Positions 37,837-45,928 of a stretch of 64,000 bases of DNA are shown here, piece by piece. Each line of letters begins with the position of its first letter. Within the stretch, counting starts at the first letter, position 1. Position numbers and translations under genes: made by a program. Below the pieces are notes generated by a model. That model was given only the letters and a program-made list of their open reading frames with translations. It was not told where the DNA came from and ran no database searches. This stretch comes from Fibrobacterota bacterium (GTDB lineage: Bacteria > Fibrobacterota > Fibrobacteria > UBA11236). The stretch spans positions 2,648-66,647 of the forward strand of contig JAQBPN010000014.1 in NCBI GenBank assembly GCA_028287505.1, in the 5' to 3' direction.

Positions 37837-40800
37837 TAAGGCTCGGGGGCGGCCTTTCCGGACGCCTCGGTGGTCCCCTTGGCGGGGGCCGGCGAAGACA
37901 GATAGGTATAGAACGCCGGCACCACGAAAAGCGTCAGCGCCAGGCTGAACAACAGCCCTCCAATCACCACGATGCCCATGGAGACCCGGCTGCGGGCCCC
38001 GGCTCCCAAGGCCAGGGCGATGGGCAGGGAGCCCAGGATGGCCGTGAGACTGGTCATGACGATGGGCCGGAAGCGGGAGACCGCGGATTCCACGATGGCC
38101 TGATGGAGCGCCAGGCCCGTCTCCTTGCGCTGGTTCCCGAACTCGACGATCAGGATTCCGTTCTTGGTCACCAGACCGATGAGCATGATGATGCCTATTT
38201 CCCCGAAGATGTTCAGGGACTGGTTGAAGTACCAGAGGGACAGCAGGGCTCCCGCCATGGCCAGGGGCACGGTGAACATGATTATGAGCGGATCCTTGAA
38301 GCTTTCGAACTGGGCGGCCAGCACAAGGTAGATCAGGGTCAGGGCGAACACGAATGCGAAGAGCAGGCTGGAGGAGCTTTCGGCGAAGTCCCGGGCCGCC
38401 CCGGTCAGGGCCGTGGTGAAGGTGGGATCGAGCGTCTTTTTGGCGGTGGCGTTCATGGCGTCGATGCCTTCCCGGATGGTTCGTCCGGGCGCGAGGCCGG
38501 CCATGACAGTGGCGGAGGAATAGCGGTTGAACCGGAAGCGTTGCGGCGGGCTGCTGCCCTCTTCCGTCCTCAGCACATTGTCCAATTGCGTCAGGCGACC
38601 GTCCGCCCCGCGCACATACGCTGAAAGCAGCATCAGGGGCTGATCGCGATCCTGCGTATTCAACTGGCCTATGATCTGGTATTGCTTGCCGCTGCGGACG
38701 ATGTAGCCGTAGCGCGTGCCGCTCAAACCCAATTGCAGGGTCTGGTCGATGTCCAGAGGCGCCACCCCCAGGTCCCGGGCCTTGCTTCGGTCGATTATCA
38801 ATTGAAGTTCCGGGCTGTTGAATTTCAGGTTGACGTCCACCACCTGGAAAACGGGATTGTTGCTTGCCTCCTGCTGGAAGGTGGGCAACTTGGCCGCCAG
38901 GTGCTCCAGGTCCGGGGCCTGGACCACGAACTGGATGGGAAGGCCTCCGCGCCGATCGGTGCTGATGGTCTGTTCCTGGGAAACGTAGGTGCGCGCCCCG
39001 CTCAATTGCCGCACGGCCTGGGACAGATCATCGGAGATTTTCTGTTGCGAGCGTTTCCGCTGTCCCGGATCCTTGAGGATGAGGCGGACGTTGCCGGAGT
39101 TCACCGCTCCCGTTCCGGAGCCGGGCGCGGTCATGACCAGGACCGACTGGCGCTCGGGAACCACGCTGTCGATGAGAGTGTTCACGGCGTCCATGTATTC
39201 GGTCATGGCGGTGAAAGAGGTGCCCTCCGGGGCCGTGGCGGTGAGGCTGAGGCGCGAGCGATCTTCAATGGGCGCCAGTTCCCTGGGCAGCCTGGGATAG
39301 AGGACGGCGATGAGCGCCACGGACACGCCCATGACGACGAAAGCCAGCCAACGCCGGGTCAGGAATTTTTCCAGAAGCCGGCGGTAGTCGTCGATCATCC
39401 TGTCGAAAAAAGCCTCGCTACGCTGGTAGAAGGAATGTGGGTCCTGGGCATGGCGGCGCAGGAAGCGCGTGCTCAGCATAGGGGTGATGGACAGGGACAC
39501 GAAGGCGGAGATGAGCACGGCCGAAGCCACGACCACTCCGAACTCCCGGAACAGGCGCCCCACTATGCCTTGCAGGAACACGATAGGCAGGAACACCGCC
39601 GACAGGGTCAGGGTGGTGGACAGGATGGCGAAGAAGATTTCCGCCGAGCCCCGATGCCCGGCCTCGACCGGATCCTCGCCCGCCTCGATTTTCCGGTAGA
39701 TGTTTTCCAGGACCACGATGGCATCGTCCACCACCAGGCCCGTGGCCAGCACGATGGCCAGCAGGGAGAGGATGTTGATGGAAAACCCGCTGATGAACAT
39801 CAGGAAAAAAGCCCCCAACAGGGAGATGGGCAGGGCCAGCACCGGGATGATCGTAGCCCGCCAATCCCGCAGGAAAACGAATATCACCAGCACCACCAGC
39901 AGGAAGGCGGCTCCCAGGGTTTCCACCACCTCCTTGATGGAACGCCGGACGTTGACCGTATAGTCCAGAAGCATGGAGATATTCAAATCGGACGGGGCTT
40001 CCCGCTTCAATTGATCCAACCGCCGGTAGAACTCGTCCGCGATGGCGATATGGTTGGCGCCGGGCTGCGGGATCACGGCTACGCCGATCATCACCACCCC
40101 ATCGCGCTTCAAAAGGGTCCGATCGTTCTCCGGGCCCTCCTTCACCGTGCCGATATCCTTGAAGCGGACCACTTCGCCGCTGTCTTCCTTGATGATCAGA
40201 TCCTCGAATTCCTTCGGCGTTTGCATGCGGCTCATGGACCGGACCGTAAGTTCCGTGTTCTTGCCCTGGATGAAGCCCGCCGGGAGCTCCACGTTTTCCC
40301 GGTCCAAGGCGGCCTTCACGTCCTGGGGGATCACGCCCCGCGAGTTCATCAGCCCGCCGGACATGTACAGGCGGATGGAATATTTCTGCTCGCCGTAAAT
40401 CCGCACCTCGCTGACGCCTTGGATGGTCTGCACCCGATCCACAATCACGTTGCTGGCGTAATCGCTCACGTCGATGGGCGAGCGGGAACCGCTTTGCACC
40501 GTTACGATCAGGATGGGGGCCGCGTCCGCATCGGCCTTGGAGATGACCGGCAGGGTGGTGATGTCCGCGGGCAATTGCCCCTGGGCCCTGGAAACGCGGT
40601 CCCGCACGTCGTTGGCGGCGGCCTCCAGATCCGCGCCCAGATTGAACTCCACCGTGATGGTGCTGGTGCCCCGTCCGCTGGTGGAGGTGAGCGTGCGGAT
40701 GCCGGCGATGCCGTTGATGGAGCTTTCCAAGGGCTCCGTCACCTGGGCTTCCATCACCTCCGGCGCGGCGCCCGTATACGTGGTGGACACGGTCACGATG

Positions 40801-40928
40801 GGCGGATCCACGGAAGGATAGTCCCGCACCCCCAGGAAGCGGAAGGAAATGATCCCCATCAGCACGATCACCAGGTTCAGGACGATGCCGAGCACCGGGC
40901 GGCGGATGAACAGGGAGGAAAAATTCAT
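37836..40928 (-). CDS. RND efflux transporter permease (AcrB/HAE1 family)
   Basis: 1,030 aa with the canonical N-terminus MNFSSLFIRRPVLGIVLNLVIVLMGIISF..LGVRDYPSVDPPIVTVST and a 12-TM architecture. It lies 2 nt downstream of the adaptor gene. Confidence 0.95.
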   Translation of the reverse strand: MNFSSLFIRRPVLGIVLNLVIVLMGIISFRFLGVRDYPSVDPPIVTVSTTYTGAAPEVMEAQVTEPLESSINGIAGIRTLTSTSGRGTSTITVEFNLGADLEAAANDVRDRVSRAQGQLPADITTLPVISKADADAAPILIVTVQSGSRSPIDVSDYASNVIVDRVQTIQGVSEVRIYGEQKYSIRLYMSGGLMNSRGVIPQDVKAALDRENVELPAGFIQGKNTELTVRSMSRMQTPKEFEDLIIKEDSGEVVRFKDIGTVKEGPENDRTLLKRDGVVMIGVAVIPQPGANHIAIADEFYRRLDQLKREAPSDLNISMLLDYTVNVRRSIKEVVETLGAAFLLVVLVIFVFLRDWRATIIPVLALPISLLGAFFLMFISGFSINILSLLAIVLATGLVVDDAIVVLENIYRKIEAGEDPVEAGHRGSAEIFFAILSTTLTLSAVFLPIVFLQGIVGRLFREFGVVVASAVLISAFVSLSITPMLSTRFLRRHAQDPHSFYQRSEAFFDRMIDDYRRLLEKFLTRRWLAFVVMGVSVALIAVLYPRLPRELAPIEDRSRLSLTATAPEGTSFTAMTEYMDAVNTLIDSVVPERQSVLVMTAPGSGTGAVNSGNVRLILKDPGQRKRSQQKISDDLSQAVRQLSGARTYVSQEQTISTDRRGGLPIQFVVQAPDLEHLAAKLPTFQQEASNNPVFQVVDVNLKFNSPELQLIIDRSKARDLGVAPLDIDQTLQLGLSGTRYGYIVRSGKQYQIIGQLNTQDRDQPLMLLSAYVRGADGRLTQLDNVLRTEEGSSPPQRFRFNRYSSATVMAGLAPGRTIREGIDAMNATAKKTLDPTFTTALTGAARDFAESSSSLLFAFVFALTLIYLVLAAQFESFKDPLIIMFTVPLAMAGALLSLWYFNQSLNIFGEIGIIMLIGLVTKNGILIVEFGNQRKETGLALHQAIVESAVSRFRPIVMTSLTAILGSLPIALALGAGARSRVSMGIVVIGGLLFSLALTLFVVPAFYTYLSSPAPAKGTTEASGKAAPEP

Positions 40929-40930
40929 GT

Positions 40931-42199
40931 TCAGTTCAGGCTTTTGACTTCAACGGGCGATCCGGGACGGATCAGAGTGATTCCGGTGGTGATGACCGTG
41001 TCCCCCGGGCGGATGCCCGCCGTGATTTCCACGTCCACATCCGTGCGCAAGCCTATCTGGACCTTCTGCGCCACCGCCGCGCCCTGGCGCAGGACATACA
41101 CCTGCTGTCCGGAAACATTGGGCACCAGCGCCTGGCTGGGAACCGACAGGGCCTCGGGCAGCTCCCGCACCACCAGGGTCAAATGGGCGAAAGAGCCCGG
41201 AGCCAAGGCGCTATCGGTGCTATCGCATACCGCCCGCACGTTCACGGTGCGCGTGTTCTCGTCCACCTTGGGATCCACCGCGGACACCTTGGCCGAATAA
41301 CTGCTGTCCGCCCCCTGGACGGTGAAGTCCACCACCTTGCCGGGAGACACGGAATCGTAATACTGCTCCGGCACGGAAAAAACCACGTTGAGCGGCGCAT
41401 CGCTGACGAAGTTCGCGATGGGGGATCCCACGGAAACGAATCCCCCCAGGCTCACCAGTTTCAGGCCCACCACCCCGGCGAAAGGCGCGCGGACTTCCGT
41501 CTTTTGGATTTGCGCCACCAACAACTGCACGTCCCCGCGCGCGGACTCCAACGCCTCCTGGGCCAAATCGTACTCCTGCTGGCTGATGAAATTCCGGGCC
41601 AGCAGGCGCTTCTCCCGCACAAGGTTGGTCCGGGCCGTTTCCAACGCGGCCTTCGCTTTGATCAACTGGGCCTGGAGGTCCGCATCGTTGATTTTCACCA
41701 GCAAAGTACCCTTGGGAACCCGGTTCCCTTCGTGCAAAGGCAAGCGGACGATCCGCCCCGCAGCCTCGCTCTTGAGCTGGATATCCTCGCTGGCCTGCAG
41801 GGTTCCCGTGCTGACCACTTTTTCCTGGAGAGTCTTGGGCCGCACCACGTGGGCCGTCACCTGGACCTTGTATTTCCCCCCCGGCCCGCCGCCTGATCCG
41901 CCTGCACCGGTTCCGCCGCCACCGGCGCCCGATCCACCGCCGCCTCCCGGCCCACCTCCACTCGGCCCGCCCGCGCCGGGCCCGCCTCCCGATCCACCGA
42001 CACCGGATCCGCCTCCCGGTGTCCCTGCGCCCTGATTGCCCCCGCCCGGGGATTTCCCATCACCCCCCGGAGACATTTGCTGGGACGCGGTTTTCCCCTG
42101 CTTTGCGTGCAAGAAATGCCTGACCTTGGGATAGGCCAGCAAGGCCAAGGCGATCACGGCGATGGTAAACCATGACGTACCTCTTTGCGGGAAATGCAT
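40931..42199 (-). CDS. RND efflux periplasmic adaptor (membrane-fusion protein, HlyD family) with long Gly-rich linker
   Basis: N-terminal anchor, a ~65-aa G/P/S low-complexity tract, then typical MFP lipoyl/hairpin/beta-barrel segments (..GTLQASEDIQLKSEAAGRIV.., DADLQAQLIKAKAALETA.., TEVRAPFAGVVG..). Confidence 0.85.
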   Translation of the reverse strand: MHFPQRGTSWFTIAVIALALLAYPKVRHFLHAKQGKTASQQMSPGGDGKSPGGGNQGAGTPGGGSGVGGSGGGPGAGGPSGGGPGGGGGSGAGGGGTGAGGSGGGPGGKYKVQVTAHVVRPKTLQEKVVSTGTLQASEDIQLKSEAAGRIVRLPLHEGNRVPKGTLLVKINDADLQAQLIKAKAALETARTNLVREKRLLARNFISQQEYDLAQEALESARGDVQLLVAQIQKTEVRAPFAGVVGLKLVSLGGFVSVGSPIANFVSDAPLNVVFSVPEQYYDSVSPGKVVDFTVQGADSSYSAKVSAVDPKVDENTRTVNVRAVCDSTDSALAPGSFAHLTLVVRELPEALSVPSQALVPNVSGQQVYVLRQGAAVAQKVQIGLRTDVDVEITAGIRPGDTVITTGITLIRPGSPVEVKSLN

Positions 42200-42325
42200 G
42201 CGGTCACCCTCTGGAACACCAGGACACCACCGAAAGACACCACCGGAACCGGCACTTTTAAAATCGCATTTCCAAAGGGGGAGCGAAACAATTTGATTCA
42301 GAAACGGATTGAGTAACTTCCGGAA

Positions 42326-42907
42326 ATGCTGAAAAACGTCGGTCCGCGCGCGTTCCGCTGCTGCCTAATCGCCCTGGCGTCGCTCTTTTTCAGCGTGATG
42401 GTGGTGGGGGAGGTCCGCAGCGGCTTCGTCTATCGCTGGGTTCCCGGTCCCCTCCTGTATTTCACCCAGATCGCCGGCCTGTTCACGGAATCCAAAAAAC
42501 TGGACGTGGATTTCCGCGCCGAAGGCTGGTCCTGCCAGGACGGCCTGTTCCGCGAACTCGACGTGGGCCCCCAATTCCCGATCCAGCCCGGCAATAAGGA
42601 AAACCGCTTCCAACGCGCGGTGTATTTCTACAACGGCAATCCCTTGGTGATGCATGCCCTGGAACGATTCATCACCGACCACCACAACGCCATGGTCCGC
42701 GACCTGGAAGCGAAGGGCCAATCCATCGACCCCGGCCGCATCGGCGGGGTCCGCATCGTCAGCGCGGTGACGCCCATCCCGGAACCGTCGGAAGGCATCC
42801 AACGCTACGGCCGCAAGCCCTTGTCCGAATATCCCTTCGACCGCGTGCATACGCTCTACGAAACGCCCGCCAAGCGAATCTGGAAACGCTGCCGGGAACC
42901 TTTGTGA
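42326..42907 (+). CDS. N-terminally anchored hypothetical protein, coupled partner of the HTTM protein
   Basis: One N-terminal hydrophobic helix (CCLIALASLFFSVMVVG). No domain recognised. Its stop overlaps the start of the next gene (GTGA at 42904-42907). Confidence 0.5.
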   Translation: MLKNVGPRAFRCCLIALASLFFSVMVVGEVRSGFVYRWVPGPLLYFTQIAGLFTESKKLDVDFRAEGWSCQDGLFRELDVGPQFPIQPGNKENRFQRAVYFYNGNPLVMHALERFITDHHNAMVRDLEAKGQSIDPGRIGGVRIVSAVTPIPEPSEGIQRYGRKPLSEYPFDRVHTLYETPAKRIWKRCREPL

Positions 42908-43821
42908 AAATGCCCGCGAAGCTGAAAGTACCCGCGCTGGTCAAAGCATTTTTCGCCCCGCAACCATTGGTCCGCCTGGAGTTCCTCCGCATCCTGATTC
43001 CCCTGGCCATCCTCGGCTTCCTCAGCTCCCGCCTCTCGTATCCCGGCGAATGGCTGACCGATAGGGGATTCCAGATTCCGGATCTGGGCCATCGCGATTG
43101 GCGGCAACCGCTCTATATCCCGCCCCTGCCTCTGTGGGGGGCCATAACCCTCTGCGCGCTGACAACGCTTTCCGGCCTGCTCGTGTCCCTCGGTTATCGA
43201 ACACGCATGGCGCTGGTAGCCTTTGCCCTATGTCTCATCTACCTGGCCCTCGCCGATCGCCTGGCGGCCTTCACGGTGAGCAAGCTGGGAGCGGTGCTGG
43301 CCGTGGCCTTGTGCTTCACCCCTTGCGGCAACGCCTTTGGCCTGGATGCCTGGCTCGCCAATGACAAAAAAGGCAAAAATCCATCGGCCCATCCGCTCCC
43401 CGCCGTCACCTGGGGCAACGTCCGCTTCTTCCAGGTCCTGGTGGCCCTATTGTATTTGGCTTCCGGCCTCGCCAAAATCCACGGCGACTGGTTCCAGGTG
43501 CACGATGTCCTCTGGACGCATGTGCACGATTCCTATCAGACCCTCACGTCCTACCGGGTCGCGCGTGCTCTGCCGTATCGGGTCTGGCCCTATCTCCAAT
43601 ACCTGGTCCTGGCCTTCGAAACCGGGGCCCCGCTCTGGTTCCTGCTCCCCTGGACGCGCCTCCCGGCCCTGTGGGTGGGGCTGGGCATGCATACCTTCAT
43701 CGGCCTGTGTTTCGGACCCGTGATTTGGTTCGCTCTGCTCATGATGGTCTTGTTATTGGGGTGTTTTGCGCCTCTGGCCTGGCTGGAGCGGCTTTTACGC
43801 CTCCGCTTGAAACCCGATTAA
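42904..43821 (+). CDS. HTTM-domain (vitamin-K-dependent gamma-carboxylase-related) polytopic membrane protein
   Basis: LEFLRILIPLAILGFL...GYRTRMALVAFALCLIYLALADRL..FTVSKLGAVLAV and a multi-TM profile typical of HTTM. The start is GTG at 42904 or in-frame ATG at 42910. Confidence 0.7.
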   Translation: MKMPAKLKVPALVKAFFAPQPLVRLEFLRILIPLAILGFLSSRLSYPGEWLTDRGFQIPDLGHRDWRQPLYIPPLPLWGAITLCALTTLSGLLVSLGYRTRMALVAFALCLIYLALADRLAAFTVSKLGAVLAVALCFTPCGNAFGLDAWLANDKKGKNPSAHPLPAVTWGNVRFFQVLVALLYLASGLAKIHGDWFQVHDVLWTHVHDSYQTLTSYRVARALPYRVWPYLQYLVLAFETGAPLWFLLPWTRLPALWVGLGMHTFIGLCFGPVIWFALLMMVLLLGCFAPLAWLERLLRLRLKPD

Positions 43822-43916
43822 GATATTATTCCAAACATGTCCGGAATCGGACCCCCCGCTTGTCATTAGGGTAATCGAGCCCAATGCAGGGCGCCGGTAC
43901 CAACAAGGAGTCCAAA

Positions 43917-44252
43917 ATGGATGAGTTTATGTTCCTAGTCCGCGGATACGATGAAAAAGGCGTCACCCCCGAGATCATGCAGAAGCGCATGGCCGCCTAC
44001 CAGCCCTGGATGGAAAAAATGATGACCGCCGGCCATTACAAAAGCGGCGCGCCCCTGGAGTCCGGCTCCGGCCGCCTCCTCAAGTCGAACCGTTCGGTGG
44101 CCACCGATGGTCCCTTCCTGGAATCGAAGGAAATCATCGGCGGCTACGTCATCGTCACCGCCAAGGACTATGACCAGGCCGTGGCCTTCGCCAAGGAATG
44201 CCCGCTTCTGGATCATTGCGAACTGGAAGTCCGTAAAGTCGGCAAGATGTAA
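43917..44252 (+). CDS. YCII-related / DGPF-domain protein
   Basis: ATG at 43917 is preceded by AAGGAG. The signature is TDGPFLESKEIIGGYVIV (DGPFxExKE). Confidence 0.8.
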   Translation: MDEFMFLVRGYDEKGVTPEIMQKRMAAYQPWMEKMMTAGHYKSGAPLESGSGRLLKSNRSVATDGPFLESKEIIGGYVIVTAKDYDQAVAFAKECPLLDHCELEVRKVGKM

Positions 44253-45487
44253 TGCTCCCGCAAGGGATGGAACACTTCTTCCGCCATGAGTCGGGACGGA
44301 TCGTATCCATCCTGGCCGGCATCTTCGGCATGCGCAACCTGCAGCTTGCCGAAGATGTGGTGCAGGAAGCCCTGATGGCTGCCTTCAGCCAATGGACCTA
44401 CGGCCCCATCCCGGACAATCCCAGCGCCTGGGTCATGACCGTGGCCAAACGCAAGGCCCTGAACCATCTCAAGCGCGAAAAGCTGACGGAGAAATATGCC
44501 TGGGAGCTGGGGCCGGAAGGCCTAGCTCCCGGCATCATCGAGCAATCCTTCCAAGAGGATCAAGTAGAAGACTCCGTGCTCCGCATGATGTTCGTCTGCT
44601 GCCACCCGGACCTCCCCCCCGAAGCGCGCCTGGTGCTCACCCTTAAGATCATCTGCGGCTTCTCCGTGCAGGAAATCGCCAGCGCCCTCCTCTCCAACGA
44701 ATCCGCCATCGAAAAACGCCTCTCCCGCAGCAAACAGGAATTCCGCGACCGCCACCTGCCCATGGAAATCCCCGAAGGCGCTTCCCTCGAGAACCGCCTC
44801 CGCAGCGTACACCTTTGCATCTACCTGCTCTTCAACGAAGGCTACAACTCCTCCCATCCGGACTTCCTGATCCGCAAGGACCTATGCATGGAGGCCATGC
44901 GCCTCTGCAAAATGCTCCTGCACCGCTTCCCGTCCAACCGCCCCGGCTTCGCCCTGATGGCGCTGATGTGCTTCCATGCGGCTCGCTTCGAAAGCCGCAT
45001 CGACGATCACGGAGCGCTGATCCTATTCGCCAATCAGGACCGGTCCAAGTGGAATGCGGACCTGATCCGGGCCGGTCATTATCATCTGTCCGAGGCGGCG
45101 GGCGGCGATCAATTGACGGAGTACCATCTGGAGGCGGCGATTGCGGCGGAGCATTGCACGGCGAAGGATTTCGCGTCCACGCGCTGGGCGGAGATTGATC
45201 GGTATTACGAGGTGCTGGGGGAGATGAAGGATAACCCGGTGATCGAATTGAATCGGGCGGTGATCCTGTCGCAGACGCAGGGGCCTTTGGTGGCGATTAA
45301 GAAGCTGGATGCGTTGAAGGAGCATCCGAAGTTGAAGGGATATTACTTGCTGCACGCGACGTTGGGGGAGTTGTATTCGCAGGTGGGGGAGACGGGGAAG
45401 GCAAAGGAGCATTTCCTGGCGGCGATTGGGATGACGAGTTCGAAGGCGGAGGTGAGTTTTCTGAGGGGAAAGTTGGGGGCGGGGTAG
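44252..45487 (+). CDS. ECF-type sigma-70 factor with long C-terminal TPR-like extension (ECF42-like)
   Basis: Region 2 ..AEDVVQEALMAAFSQW...NPSAWVMTVAKRKALNHLKREK, region 4 ..GFSVQEIASALLSNESAIEKRLSRSK, and a ~200-aa helical C-terminal extension. The start overlaps the DGPF gene stop (TAATG). Confidence 0.85.
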   Translation: MLPQGMEHFFRHESGRIVSILAGIFGMRNLQLAEDVVQEALMAAFSQWTYGPIPDNPSAWVMTVAKRKALNHLKREKLTEKYAWELGPEGLAPGIIEQSFQEDQVEDSVLRMMFVCCHPDLPPEARLVLTLKIICGFSVQEIASALLSNESAIEKRLSRSKQEFRDRHLPMEIPEGASLENRLRSVHLCIYLLFNEGYNSSHPDFLIRKDLCMEAMRLCKMLLHRFPSNRPGFALMALMCFHAARFESRIDDHGALILFANQDRSKWNADLIRAGHYHLSEAAGGDQLTEYHLEAAIAAEHCTAKDFASTRWAEIDRYYEVLGEMKDNPVIELNRAVILSQTQGPLVAIKKLDALKEHPKLKGYYLLHATLGELYSQVGETGKAKEHFLAAIGMTSSKAEVSFLRGKLGAG

Positions 45488-45928
45488 GGGAAGCGGGTCG
45501 GGCATGTACAGTTTGTGCGTAGGGGTTCAATTGGCAAATTGCTTCTGGGTCGAGTAATGTTATGGGTTTTGTGATTCGGACTATTTTAAACGATATTGCC
45601 CAACAAAACCATTCTGATGAATGGTTCTTCGAGCCATTCGTGGTTTTGCAGAAACCAATCTAGGGTGAAGAAAAGTTTCACTTTACAACTAGTTGTGTTC
45701 AAAGCGAGGGCGGGGCTTCGCTCACTCTCGTTCGCTTCGCAATACACAACCGCCAACGTCCTGTTTGACGGGGTTTTCAAATTATATTTGCTAGATGGAT
45801 CCCTCTAAAACAAAATTATACGGCATCCTGGGCCGCGGGGTGTTCCTCCGAGCATCGTATCGCAATGTTCTGACGATGACAGAATGGGTAAGCTTTACAA
45901 GAATCCGCGCCTGAACAGGAGTTGCTGA

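Noticed and set aside
38682-41300. 872-aa plus-strand ORF
   Set aside because: It is entirely antisense to the RND permease and adaptor genes, which have unmistakable family sequence. Its composition is low-complexity and Arg/Gly/His-rich, typical of antisense frames in high-GC DNA.
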